Source: Balanoglossus misakiensis
Taxonomy: Eukaryota; Animalia; Hemichordata
Length of the DNA stretch: 64,000 nt
Assembly: GCA_040954595.2 (NCBI GenBank)
Contig: CM082596.2
Span: forward strand, 8,259,124-8,323,123
Reading direction: 5' to 3'
In this document: positions 1 through 14,071 of the stretch, one piece after another
Numbering within the stretch: position 1 is the stretch's first letter
How the letters are laid out: the number at the start of each line of letters is the position of its first letter
Position numbers and translations under genes: made by a program
Notes under the pieces: model-generated
Told to the model about the DNA's origin: nothing
Seen by the model: only the letters and a program-made list of their open reading frames with translations
Database searches by the model: none

Positions 1-3000
1 AGCCTGGAATTAGGTATGCACATAATTAATGAGATATGCAGGTGTCACAGGTGACCCCCATTTCGGCTTTTCAATTTTAGTCCCAACTCTCCAAACGCCA
101 AGTCTGTACCTGCTCTGGATGCCGAGATATAGGAAAGTAGGTCAAAGGTCACCTGAGGTCACCCAAAAGTTGGGCAAGAAATTTTGACCCTATACTGGTC
201 CATGTTCAACAAAAACCTAACCTATAGCCCTATTGGTTAGCCTGGAATTAGGTATGCACATAATTAATGAGATATGCAGGTGTCACAGGTGACCCCAAAT
301 TTTGGCTTTTCAATTTTAGTCCTAACCCTCCAAACGCCAAGTCTGTACCTGCTCTGGATGCCGAGATATAGGAAAGTAGGTCAAAGGTCACCTGAGGTCA
401 CCCAAAATTTGGGTAAGAAATTTTGACCCCATACTTGTCCATGTTCAACAAAAATCTAACCTCTAGCCCTATTGGTTAGCCTGGAATTAGGTATGCACAT
501 AATTAATGAGATAAGCAGGTGTCACAGGTGACCTCCAAGTTTGGCTTTTCAATTTTAGTCCCAACCCTCCAAACGCCAAGTCTGTACCTGCTGTGGATGC
601 CAAGATACAGGAAAGTAGGTCAAAGGTCACCTGAGGTCACCCCAAATTTTGGCAGGAATGTTTAACCCTATACTGGTCCATGTCCCACAAGAACGAAACC
701 TCTAGCCCTCTTAGTTAGCCCAGAATTAGGTATGCACATAATTAATGAGTTAAGCAGGTGTTACAGGTGAGCCTAAAATTGTGCCTTTTATTTTGGTGCC
801 ATTGTGCTCACTGACCAATAGACAGTCACTGTACAGGACTATTGCACAGACCAGAATTCCACAATAAGACATGGACATAGAGGTATAAGTACAGGTATAA
901 ATTTATTAAAAAAATTAATATAAAAAAATCCGTCGATTTTTCATATTATTTTTTTTCGCTTAAAATTATTGACAAATGCTAGTCTAGCTGCACACCAAAG
1001 TTGGAGATGATTGGCCTAACAGATTTTGAGATATGTATGCATATTTATCCAAAATAATATGTGGTCATAGCTTTACTATGGAAAGTATAGGCCCATGGCT
1101 TGGTAAAAAAATATGAAAAATAATACTTAAAAATCTTCTTCTCAAAATTGGCATGGCCAATGGCCTTGACATTTGGCAAGTAGGACACTGACCACATGGT
1201 CCGCAAAAGTTGCTAAAAGAATTTTGATATCTCCATTCATATGCAAATAAGGCCGATTTGGAAATTTTGCCCATATATGGTCATCAGGTCACGTGACTAA
1301 TTTAACATTCACAAGGGTACTGCACTAGCTCTCATTGGCCTGCACCATTGTGCCAAGTTTGAAATTGTTAGGTTTAGCAGTTTTCCAGATCTACCTCGCC
1401 AAAGAAAACGACAGAAGAAGAAAAAGAAGAAGAAGTAGAAGATTAAAGCTGCGAGCAGCATTGTCGGGCCCAAGCGCTGATCTTGAATTATATATGCACA
1501 GTATGAATGAGAAGAAACAGAATTTTCTATCGGATGTATTATCTCATGACATATCAAGGACGTGTGTATTCTTGCTGCTTAAATAGGGTGAAGTAGGTCA
1601 AAGGTCACCTGAGGTCACCCAACATTTGGGCAATTTTTTTTGACCCATACTGGTCCATGTCCAACAAAAACCAAAACTCTAGCTCTATTGGTTCGCCTGT
1701 AATTAGGTATGTGCATATTTAATGAGGTCAGCAGGTGTCACAGGTGACCCAAAAATGTGGCTTTACATTTTGGTCCCATCCTACCAAATGCCATGGCTGT
1801 ATCTGCTCTGGATGCTGAGATATGCGAAAGTAGGTCAAAGGTCACCAGAGGTCACGCAACATTTGGGCAAAACATTTTGATCCTATACTGGTCTGTGTCC
1901 AACAAAAACCAAACCTCTAGCTCTATTGGTTCGCCTGTAATTAGCTATGCACATAATTGATGAGGTCAGCAGAGGTCAAAGGGGTCATGAAAAGTAGCAA
2001 AATATTTTGATCACACACTAATCCACATTCATCAAAAACCAAACGTCTAGCCCTATAGGTAAGCCTGGAATTAGATATGCAGAAATAATAACGCGTGATA
2101 AGTAGGTCAAAGGTCATGTGAAAAATCGCCAAAAAATTGTAACATATTTTAGTCACATGACGATTGATATCCATAAAAAGAATTTGTATGCTATCAATTT
2201 TTAGACTAGAAAAAGGAATTTCAATTTTTCACTGCTTTTTACAAAATCCAATATGGCCGCCATAATCTTCGACCAATCACAATGCTCTTTGCAAACTTGA
2301 TAGACATCAGTGTAGTGACCATACTCCCCGAATCTTGTGACTCAGTCATCGCCCGTTCTGGAGAGGAAGATTTTTGGAGTTTAACAATGGTTTTTCTAAA
2401 ATCCAATATGGCCGCCATAATCTTCGACCAATCACAATGATCTTCGCAAACTTGATAGACATCAGTTAGGTGACCACATACCCCAAACCCCGTGTCTCGG
2501 TTATCACTGGTTCTGGAGAAGAAGATTTTTGAAATTTAAGCCAGATTTCAGAAAAAAAATTGTAGCAAAAAAACTGCAACATTGACAGCAAAATTTCCAA
2601 TTACAAAAATGATGGGTAGAAGGTAGTCTACCTGCATGCCAAATTTGAAGTCGATCTGACTTGTAGTTTCTGAGATCTGAGATTTGAATTTTTTCAGAAA
2701 ATCCAATATGGCCGCCAGGTCACGTGACTAATTAATTATTCACAAGTCACTGCACATCTACTCATTGACCTTGACCACTGTATCAAGTTTGAGAAGTGTA
2801 CCTGCAGTAGTTTCAGAGATCTCGTTGGCCGAAGAAATTGACACAAGAAAAAAGAAAGAAAGAAAAACCCCAACGAAACCAATAGGGCCCAAGCGCTTGC
2901 GTGCGCTTGGGCCCTAAAAAACCAGGATAATACCAATAGGGCCCAAGCGCTGCATGCGCTTGGGCCCTAAAAAACCCCAGTAATACCAATAGGGCCCAAG

Positions 3001-6000
3001 CCTGCTGGGCTTGGGCCCTAAAAAACCCCAGTAATACCAATAGGGCCCAAGCCTGCTGGGCTTGGGCCCTAAATATAGCTGCAAGCAGCAATAGCGGGCC
3101 CAAGCCAACATAGTACATAGCAACATAGCAATAAGCATATCTGCTCAGGATGCCAAGATATGGTAAAGTAGGTCAAAGGTCACCTGAGTTCAAGCAAAGA
3201 AATGTTGACCCTATACTGGTCCATGTTCAACAAAAACCAAACCTATAACCCTATCGGTTAGCCTGGAATTAGGTATGCACATAATTAATGAGGTAGGCAG
3301 GTGTCACAGGTGACCCCCAGTGTTGCCTTTTCAATTTTAGTCCCAACCCTCCAAACGCCTAGTCTGTACCTGCTCTGGATGCCAAGATATGGTAAAGTAG
3401 GTCAAAGGTCACCTGAGGTCATACAAAATTTGGGCAAGAAATTTTGACCCTATACTGGTCCATGTTCAACAAAAACCAAACCTATAGCCCTATTGGTTAG
3501 CCTGAAATTAGGTATGCACATAATTAATGAGGTAGGCAGGTGTCACAGGTGACCCCCAGTGTTGCCTTTTCAATTTTAGTCCCAACCCTCCAAACGCCAA
3601 GTCTGTACCTGCTCTGGATGCCAAGATATAGGAAAGTAGGTCAAAGGTCACCTGAGGTCACCCAAAATTTGGGCAAGAAATGTTGACCCTATACTGGTCC
3701 ATGTCCCACAAGAATGAAACCTCTAGCCCTCTTAGTTAGCCCAGAATTAGGTATGCACATAATTAATGAGTTAAGCAGGTGTTACAGGTGAGCCTAAAAT
3801 TGTGCCTTTTATTTTGGTGCCATTGTGCTCACCGACCAATAGACAGTCACTGTACAGGACTATTGCACAGACCAGAATTCCACAATAAGACATGGACATA
3901 GCTTAACCATAGAGGTATAAGTAAAGGTATTATTTAATAAAAAAATTAATATAAAAAAATCGGTCGATTTTTCATACTATTTTTTTTCGCTTAAAATTAT
4001 TGACAAATGCTAGGCTAGCTGCACACCAAACTCGGACTTGATCGGCCCAACAGATTTTGAGATATGTTTGCATATTTATCCAAAATAATATGTGGTCTTA
4101 GCTTAACTATGGAAAGTATAGGCCCATGGCTTGGTCGGAAAATATGAAAAATAATACTAAAAAATCTTCTTCTCAAAATTGACATGGCCTATGGCTTTGA
4201 TATTCGGCATGTAGAACCCTGGCCATATGGTCCGTAATAGTTGCTAAAAGAATTTTGATATCTTCATGCATATGTAAATAAGGCCGATTTGAAAATTTTG
4301 CCCATATATGGTCATCAGGTCACATGACTTATTAAACATTCACGAGGGTACTGCACCAGCTCTCATAGGCCTGCACCATTATGCCGAATATGAGATTTGT
4401 GGGATTAGCCGTTTTCAAGATCTAGCTGGACAAAAAAACGACACAAGAAGAAGAAGAAGAAGAAGAATATAGCTGCAAGCAGCAATGGCGGGCCCAAGCC
4501 AACATAGCACATAGCAACATAGCAATAAGCATATCTGCTCTGGATGCCAAGATATGGAAAAGTAGGTCAAAGGTCACCTGAGGTCATGCAAAATTTGGGC
4601 GAGAAATTTTGACCCTATACTGGTCCATGTTCATCAAAAACCAAACCTATAGCCCTATTGGTTAGCCTGGAATTAGGTATGCACATAATTAATGAGGTAG
4701 GCAGGTGTCACAGGTGACCCCCAATTTGGCTTTTCAATTTTAGTCCCAACCCTCCAAACGCCAAGTCTGTACCTGCTCTCGATGCCAAGATCTGGTAAAG
4801 TAGGTCAAATGTCACCTGAGGTCATGCAAAATTTGGGCAAGAGATTTTGACCCTATACTGGTCCATGTTCAACAAAAACAAAACCTATAGCCCTATTGGT
4901 TAGCCTGGAATTAGGTATGGACATAATTAATGAGATATGCAGGTGTCACAGGTGATCCCTATTTTGGCTTTTCAACTTTAGTCCCAACCCTCCAAACGCC
5001 AAGTCTGTACCTGCTCTGGATGCCGAGATATAGGAAAGTAGGTCAAAGGTCACCTGAGTTCACCCCAAATTTGGGCAAGAAATGTTGGCCCTATACTGGT
5101 CCATGTCCCACAAGAACGAAACCTCTAGCCCTCTTAGTTAGCCCAGAATTAGGTATGCACATAATTAATGAGTTAAGCAGGTGTTACAGGTGAGCCTAAA
5201 ATTTTGCCTTTTATTTTGGTGCCATTGTGCTCACTGACCAATAGACACTCACTGTACAGGACTATCGCACTGACCAGAATTCCACAATAAGACATGGACA
5301 TAGCTTAACCATAGAGGTATAAGCAAAGGTATAAATTTAATAAACAAATTAATATAAAAAAATCTGTCGATTTTTCATATTATTTTTTTCTGCTTAAAAT
5401 TATTGACAAATGCTAGGCTTGCTGCACACCAAAGTTGGAGATGATCGGCCTAACAGATTTTGAGATATGTATGCATATTTATCCAAAATAATATGTGGTC
5501 ATAGCTTTACTATGTAAAGTATAGGCCCATGGCTTGGTCAAAAAATATGGAAAATAATACTTAAAAATCTTCTTCTCAAAATTGGCATGGCCAATGGCCT
5601 TGACATTTGGCATGTAGGACACTGACCACATGGTCCGCAAAAGTTGCTAAAAGAATTGTGATATCTCCATTCATATGCAAATAAGGCGGATTTGAAAATT
5701 TTGCCCATATATGGTCATCAGGTCACGTGACTAATTAAACATTCACAAGGGTACTGCACTAGCTCTCATTGGCCTGCACCATTGTGCCAAGTTTGAAATT
5801 GGTAGGTTTAGCAGTTTTCCAGATCTACCTCGCCAAAGAAAATGACAGAAGAAGAAAAAGAAGAAGAAGTAGAAGAAAAACCCCAGTAATACCAATAGGG
5901 CCCAAGCCTGCTGGGCTTGGGCCCTAAATATAGCTGCAAGCAGCAATAGCGGGCCCAAGCCAACATAGCACATAGCAACATAGCAATACGCATATCTGCT

Positions 6001-9000
6001 CTGGATGCCAAGATATGGTAAAGTAGGTCAAAGGTCACCTGAGGTCATGCAAAATTTGGGCAAGAAATTTTGACCCTATACTGGTCCATGTTCAACAAAA
6101 ACTAAACCTATAGCCCTATTGGTTAGCCTGGAATTAGGTATGCACATAATTAATGAGGTAGGCAGGTGTCACAGGTGACCCCCAGTGTTGCCTTTTCAAT
6201 TTTAGTCCCAACCCTCCAAACGCCAAGTCTGTACCTGCTCTGGATGCCAAGATATGGTAAAGTAGGTCAAAGGTCACCTGAGGTCATACAAAATTTGGGC
6301 AAGAAATTTTGACCCTATACTGGTCCATGTTCAAGAAAAACCAAACCTATAGCCCTATTGGTTAGCCTGGAATTAGGTATGCACATAATTAATGAGATAT
6401 GCAGGTGTCACAGGTGACCCCCATTTTGGCTTTTCAATTTTAGTCCCAACCCTCCAAACGCCAAGTCTGTACCAGCTCTGGATGCCGAGATATACGAAAG
6501 TAGGTCAAAGGTCACCTGAGGTCACCCAAAATTTTGGCACGAAATTTTGACCCTATACTGGTCCATGTCCCACAAGAACGAAACCTCTAGCCCTCTTAGT
6601 TAGCCCAGAATTAGGTATGCACATAATTAATGAGTTAAGCAGGTGTTACAGGTGAGCCTAAAATTGTGCCTTCTATTTTGGTGCCATTGTGCTCACTAAC
6701 CACAAGACAGTCACTGTACAGGACTATTGCACAGACCAGAATTCCACAATAAGACATGGACATAGCTTAACCATAGAGGTATAATTAAAGGTATAAATTT
6801 CATAAGAAAATTAATATAAAAAAATCGGTCGATTTTTCATACTATTTTTTTTCGCTTAAAATTATTGACAAATGCTAGGCTAGCTGCATACCAAAGTTGA
6901 AGAAGATTGGCCTGACAGATTTTGAGATATGTATGCATATTTATCCAAAATAATATGTGGTCATGGCTTTACTATGGAAAGTATAGGCCCATGGCTTGGT
7001 AAAAAATATGAAAAATAATACTTAAAAATCTTCTTCTCAAAATTGGAATGGCCAATGGCCTTGACATTTGGCATGTAGGACACTGACCACATGGTCCGCA
7101 AAAGTTGCTAAAAGAATTTTGATATCTCCATTCATATGCAAATAAGGCCGATTTGGAAATTTTGCCCATATATGGTCATCAGGTCACGTGACTAATTTAA
7201 CATTCACAAGGGTACTGCACTAGCTCTCATTGGCCTGCACCATTGTGCCAAGTTTGAAATTGGTAGGTTTAGCAGTTTTCCAGATCTACCTCGCCAAAGA
7301 AAACGACAGAAGAAGAAAAAGAAGAAGTAGAAGAAAATATAGCTGCAAGCAGCGATGACGGGCCCAAGCTTAAGCCGAAGGTCAAAGGTCATAAGAGGTC
7401 ACCCGAAATTTGGGCAAGAAATTTTGACCCCCATACTGGTCCGTGTCCCACAAGAACAAAATCTCTAGCCCTATTGGTTCGCCTACAATTAGGTATGCGC
7501 ATAATTAATGAGATAAAGTGTAAGGCTCCATCAGGAGTTCCATCCCTCCAAATGCCAAGGCTTTATCTGCTGTGGATGCCGAGATATGGTAAAGTAGGTC
7601 AAAGGTCACCTCAGGTCACCCAAAATTTGGGCAAAAAATTTTGACCCCATACTGGTCCATGGTCAGCATAAATCAAACCTCTAGCCCTATTGCTTAGCCT
7701 GGAATTAGGTATGCACATAATTAATGAGATAAGCAGGTGTCACAGGTGACCCCAATTTTGGCTTTTCAATTTTAGTCCCAACCCTCCAAACGCCAAGTCT
7801 GTACCTGCTCTGGATGCGGAGATATAGGAAAGTAGGTCAAAGGTCACCTGAGGTCACCCAAAATTTGGGCAAGAAATTTTGACCCTATACTGGTCCATGT
7901 CCCACAAGAACGAAACCTCTTGCCCTCTTAGTTAACCCAGAATTAGGTATGCACATAATTAATGAGTTAAGCAGGTGTCACAGGTGACCCCCAGTGTTGC
8001 CTTTTCAATTTTATTCCCAACCCTCCAAACGCCAAGTCTGTACCTGCTCTGGATGCCAAGATATAGGAAAGTAGGTCAAAGGTCACCTGAGGTCACCCAA
8101 AATTTGGGCAAGAAATGTTGACCCTATACTGGTCCATGTCCCACAAGAATGAAACCTCTAGCCCTCTTAGTTAGCCCAGAATTAGGTATGCACATAATTA
8201 ATGAGTTAAGCAGGTGTTACAGGTGAGCCTAAAATTGTGCCTTTTATTTTGGTGCCATTGTGCTCACCGACCAATAGACAGTCACTGTACAGGACTATTG
8301 CACAGACCAGAATTCCACAATAAGACATGGACATAGCTTAACCATAGAGGTATAAGTAAAGGTATTATTTAATAAAAAAATTAATATAAAAAAATCGGTC
8401 GATTTTTCATACTATTTTTTTTCGCTTAAAATTATTGACAAATGCTAGGCTAGCTGCACACCAAACTCGGACTTGATCGGCCCAACAGATTTTGAGATAT
8501 GTTTGCATATTTATCCAAAATAATATGTGGTCTTAGCTTAACTATGGAAAGTATAGGCCCATGGCTTGGTCGGAAAATATGAAAAATAATACTAAAAAAT
8601 CTTCTTCTCAAAATTGACATGGCCTATGGCTTTGATATTTGGCATGTAGAACCCTGGCCATATGGTCCGTAAAAGTTGCTAAAAGAATTTTGATATCTTC
8701 ATGCATATGCAAATAAGGCCGATTTGAAAACTTTGCCCATATATGGTCATCAGGTCACATGACTTATTAAACATTCACGAGGGTACTGCACCATATCTCA
8801 TAGGCCTGAACAATTATGCCAAAATTGAGATTTGTGGGACTAGTCGTTTTCAAGATCTAGCTGGCCGAAAAAAGTGCCCAAGAAGAAGAAGTAGAAGAAT
8901 ATAGCTGCAAGCAGCAATAGCGGGCCCAAGCCAACATAGCACATAGCAACATAGCAATAAGCATATCTACTCTGGATGTCAAGATATGGTAAAGTAGGTC

Positions 9001-12000
9001 AAAGGTCAACTGAGTTCATGCAAAATTTGGGCAAGAAATTTTGACCCTATACTGGTCCATGTTCAACAAAAACCAAACCTATAGCCCTATTGGTTAGCCT
9101 GGAATTAGGTATTAATGAGGTAGGCAGGTGTCACAACTGACCCCCAATTTGGCTTTCCAATTTTAGTCCCAACCCTCCAAACGCCAAGCCTGTACCTGCT
9201 CTGGATGCCGAGATCTGGTAAAGTAGGTCAAAGGTCACCTGAGGTCATGCAAAATTTGGGCAAGAAATTTTGACCCTATACTGGTCCATGTTCAATAAAA
9301 ACCAAACCTATAGCTCTATTGGTTAGCCTGGAATTAGGTATGCACATAATTAATGAGATATGCAGGTGACACAGGTGAGCGCCAATTCGGCTTTTCAATT
9401 TTAATCCCAACCCTCCAAACGCCAAGTCTGTACCTGCTCTGGATGCCAAGATATGGTAAAGTAGGTCAAAGGTCACCTGAGGTCATGCGAAATTTGGGCA
9501 AGAAATTTTGACCCTATACTGGTCCATGTTCAACAAAAACCAAACCTATAGCTCTACTGGTTAGCCTGGAATTAGGTATGCACATAATTAATGAGATATG
9601 CAGGTGTCACAGGTGATCCCCATTTTGGCTTTTCAATTTTAGTCACAACCCTCCAAACGCCAAGTCTGTACCTGCTCTGGATGCCGAGATATAGGAAAGT
9701 AGGTCAAAGGTCACCTGAGGTCACCGAAAATTTGGTAAACATTTTTGACCCCATACTAGTCCTTGTCACACAAGAACAATACCTCTAGCCCTATTAGTTA
9801 GCCCGGAATGACGTATGTGCATAATTAATGAGTTAAGCAGGTGTTACAGGTGAGCCCAAAATTTTGCCTTTTATTTTGGTCCCATTCTGTGCACGGGCCA
9901 ATAGACAGTCAGTGTACAGGAACATTGCACAGACCAGAATTCTACAATAAGACGTGGACATAGCTTAACCATAGAGGTATAAGTAAAGGTATAAATTTCA
10001 TAAAAAAATTAATATAAAAAAATCGGTCGATTTTTCATATTAATTTTTTTCGCTTAAAATTATTGGCAAATGCTAAGCTACCTGCACACCAAACTTGGAG
10101 TTGATCGGCCCAACATATTTTGAGATATGACTGCATATTCATCCAAAATAAAATGTGGTCAAAGCTTAACTATGTATAGTATAGGCCGATGGCTTGGCCG
10201 AAAAATATGAAAAATAATACTTAAAAATCTTCTTCTCAAAATTGACAAGGCCTATGGCCTTGACATTTGGCATGTAGAACCCTGACCACATGGTTCACAA
10301 AAGTTACTAAAAGAATTTTGATATCTCCGTGCATATGCAAATAAGGCCGATTTGAAAATTTTGCCCATATATGGTCATCAGGTCACATGACTAATTACAC
10401 ATTCACAAGGGTACTGCACCAGCTCTCATAGGCCTGCACCATTGTGCCAAATGTGAGATTTGTAGGTTCAGCCGTTTTCAAGATCTAGCTGGACAAAAAA
10501 ACGACACAAGAAGAAGAAGAAGAAGAAGAAGTAGAAGAAAAACCCCAGTAATACCAATAGGGCCCAAGCCTGCTGGGCTTGGGCCCTAAATATAGCTGCA
10601 AGCAGCAATAGCGGGCCCAAGCCAACATAGCACAAAGCAACATAGCAGTAAGCATATCTGCTCTGGATGCCAAGATATGGTAAAATAGGTCAAAGGTCAC
10701 CTGATTTCATGCAAAATTTGGGCAAGAAATTTTGACCCTATACTGGTCCATGTTCAACAAAAACCAAACCTATAGCCCTATTGGTTAGCCTGGAATTAGG
10801 TATGCACATAATTAATGAGGTAGGCAGGTGTTACAGGTGACCCCCAGTTTTGGCTTTTCAATTTTAGTCCCAACCCTCCGAACGCCAAGTCTGTACCTGC
10901 TCTGGATGCCAAGATCTAGTAAAGTAGGTCAAAGGTCACCTGAGGTCATGCAAAATTTGGGCAAGAAATTTTGACCCTATACTGGTCCATGTTCAACAAA
11001 AATCAAACCTCTAGCCCTATTGGTTAGCCTCGAATTAGGTATGCACATAAATAATGAGATATGCAGGTGTCACAGGTGACCCCCATTTTGGCTTTTCAAT
11101 TGTAGTCCCAACCCTCCAAACGCCATGTCTGTATCTGCTCTGGATGCCGAGATCTTGTAAAGTAGGTCAAAGGTCACCTGAGGTCATGCAAAATTTGGGC
11201 AAGAAATTTTGACCCTATACTGGTCCATGTTCAACAAAAACCAAACCTATAGCCCTATTGGTTAGCCTGGAATTAGGTATGCACATAATTAATGACATAT
11301 GCAGGTGTCACAGGTGACCCCCATTTTGACTTTTCAACTTTAGCTCCAACCCTCCAAATGCCAAGTCTGTACCTGCTCTGGATGCCGAGATATAGGAAAG
11401 TAGGTCAAAGGTCACCTGAGGTCACCCAAAAGTTGGGCAAGAAATTTTGACCCCATACTGGTCCATGTCCCACAAGAACGAAACCTCTAGCCCTCTTAGT
11501 TAGCCCAGAATTAGGTATGCACATAATTAATGAGTTAAGCAGGTGTTGCAGGTGAGCCTAAAATTGTGCCTTCTATTTTGGTGTCATTGTGCTCACTGAC
11601 CACAAGACAGTCACTGTACAGGACTATTGCACAGACCAGAATTCCACAATAAGACATGGACATAGCTTAACCATAGAGGTATAATGAAAGGTATAAATTT
11701 CATAAAAAAATTAATATAAAAAAATCGGTCGATTTTTCATAGTATTTTTTTTTGCTTAAAATTATTGACAAATGCTAGGCTAGCTGCACAGCAACTTTGG
11801 AATTGATCGGCCAAACAGATTTTGAGATATGTATGTATATTTATCCAAAATAATCTGTGGTCATAGCTTAACTATGTAAAGTATAGGCCCATGGCTTGGG
11901 CGAAAAATATGGAAAATAATACTTAAAAATCTTCTTCTCAAAATTGACATGGCTTATGGCCTTAACATTTGGCATGTAGAACCCTGGCCATATGGTCCAC

Positions 12001-12218
12001 AAAGCATCTGAACAGAATTTTGATATCTCCATTCATATGCAAATTAGGCCAAATTGAAAATTTTGCCCATATATGGTCATCAGGTCACATGACTAATTAC
12101 ACATTCACAAGGGTACTGCACCAGCTCTCATAGGCCTGCACCATTGTGCCAAATGTGAGATTTGTAGGGTCAGCCGTTTTCAAGATCTAGCTGGACAAAA
12201 AAACGACACAAGAAGAAG

Positions 12219-12250
<32 letters not shown>

Positions 12251-12467
12251 GAAGAAAAACCCCAGTAATACCAATAGGGCCCAAGCCTGCTGGGCTTGGG
12301 CCCTAAAAAAAGCCAGTAATACCAATAGGGCACAAGCCTGCTTGGCTTGTGCCCTAAAAAGCCAGTAATACCAATAGGGCCCAAGCCTGCTGGGCTTGGG
12401 CCCTAAAGAAGTAGAAGAAAAACCCCAGTAATACCAATAGGGCCCAAGCCTGCTGGGCTTGGGCCCT
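1..12467 (-). mobile_element. Nested array of >=8 non-autonomous Helentron-associated elements (HINE/DINE-like, GGGCCCAAGC subTIR family), each ~1.4-1.9 kb with 2-4 internal ~240-bp repeats
   Basis: On the minus strand each unit has a 5' hairpin AGGGCCCAAGC..GCTTGGGCCCT, a (TTC)n microsatellite, a body, ~240-bp tandem repeats, a 3' subTIR GCTTGGGCCC and a short GCTGC-TT-GCAGC palindrome ending CTATA-TT. 3' ends lie near 1443, 3073, 4467, 5929, 7337, 8899 and 10590. There is no TSD, insertions are in T-runs, and there is no transposase ORF. This layout matches known DINE-1/HINE architecture. Confidence 0.8.
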
Positions 12468-12526
12468 AATAATAAAAAACAACACGATTTCAAGAGGGTT
12501 TCGAGACCAGAGGGTCTCGAAACCCT
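12468..12526 (-). mobile_element. Orphan 5' cap of a second HINE family (GGGTTTCGAGAC hairpin plus (TTA)n)
   Basis: AGGGTTTCGAGACCAGAGGGTCTCGAAACCCT and flanking CAACACGATTTCAAG are near-identical to the 5' end of the element at 23517-25732. The paralogous site (~34085) lacks it. Confidence 0.75.
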
Positions 12527-14071
12527 AATAAATGTCGACCATCATGCATCGCTTTTGTCTCAGAGATTTGCCCGGAGATTTGTCTATGGTGTTTCCCCAG
12601 ACCCTCTTTCTGGAATGCCCAACGGAAGAAGCAGGGGGGGTCTGGGTAACCGAGACTAATACTTCCAGTGCATTGGGAATCACATCATCTCCACCATCTT
12701 TCCAGCCATTCCCTGTAAAACTTGATTTTTCCAACACTGGCTCCAGCTCAGACATGGAAGTACGCGAGAACGAGATCATACACATAAATAACTCAGTATG
12801 GGCAAGTGGTTCCCCCAAAATTGGACATACTAAATAGCCAAGTCACAAAGCTGAACTTGTACCCTTTTACCCCCAGTTCCCTCTTTAGAGCTCCAACCTC
12901 ACCATAGCAAACAATGGGCTTGGACTGAACCATTGTGGTGAAAGGGCGAAGAGACAAACCATTGACATCAGTGACATACCAGTACTCATTATAGAAAACT
13001 GACTCTTCTTTTGCACCAATAAACACTTCTTCAAACCTAAAGGAAATGTCATAAAACATCAGGCCAGTCAATTAACTTATTAAAAACCATCCATTTGACT
13101 TTGTATCATAAACGGACAATAACTCAAGTTTTCTAGTGGTGTTGTGATGTGGTAAAGATTTTCAGCATCTTTATGTAATTCTATGGGCAGTTTCCAATGA
13201 AAATATTTGAAAATACTTGAAAATTTATGAATTTTAATGCAAGGCAGGTATTTTGAATTTCCCCATGAATCTATCCAAACAACTCAAATATGAATGTGTA
13301 CAACAAACACATAAATGAATATTTGGACACACAAGGCAAATTTCAATAAAACCTTCATCCTATTAAAGAGCATCAATTGTACATATTATTTGATAAAAGT
13401 AAAATGCATTTTTTTTAAATGCTGCCATTAAAAATAAAAGTTATTGGTTCATCATGACTTCTTTGCTTGGTATCATCTGTCTGTCTCTCTGTCTGTCTGT
13501 CTGTCTGTCTGTCTGTGTGTATGCATGTGTGTGTGATTGAAAGTATACTGTACATATTTTTGCACACAAACATTACATATACTTCATTGAGTTTTGACAA
13601 GTTGCCATCAAGAAACATGGAACAGATTGTATGAAAACAAACAGTTGTTCAGAATATCCATAAAAAAACACAAAATCTAACTACACTATTGTACTAGCGC
13701 AAAATGCCTAGGAAAGAAATACCATTCTACCAATCAATATTATTCTACTCTCAGGTAACTTTTCCTTTAGAAGTCTCTCGTTCAAATGAGTGATTTTCTG
13801 GGTAACATAAAATGAGAAAAGATATTAATTTTCTGATTTGTTTGACAAGGTATTAACTCCAAGTAAAGTTATTCATGTTAACTTTATGAATGATTGAAGT
13901 CCATGTCCATGCGTTGCGTCTATTGACATCCTGTGAATAGACAAATTCTTAAAATTCTGATATTCATTTCACACACATGGTTTTGGGTTTAAGTGGGTGG
14001 AATTCGACACAAATGAATTCCGGTTTTGACATATTTTTCTGTCATTTTTCAGCACAAGTTCTGCATTCAGT

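Noticed and set aside
2880-3072. CRISPR-like palindromic direct repeats (also 12260-12467)
   Set aside because: The spacers are near-identical, there are no cas genes, and the context is eukaryotic. They are explained as stacked HINE 5' caps.
1065-12493. Many short ORFs in the repeat array (poly-F/poly-S, LGPKPSRLGPYWYYW)
   Set aside because: These are translations of hairpins, microsatellites and the 240-bp repeats, with no domain or splice structure.
12459-13071. ORFs conserved between 12.5-13 kb and 34.1-34.6 kb
   Set aside because: Similarity reflects the segmental duplication. They overlap MITE sequence and the copies differ by frameshifting indels.
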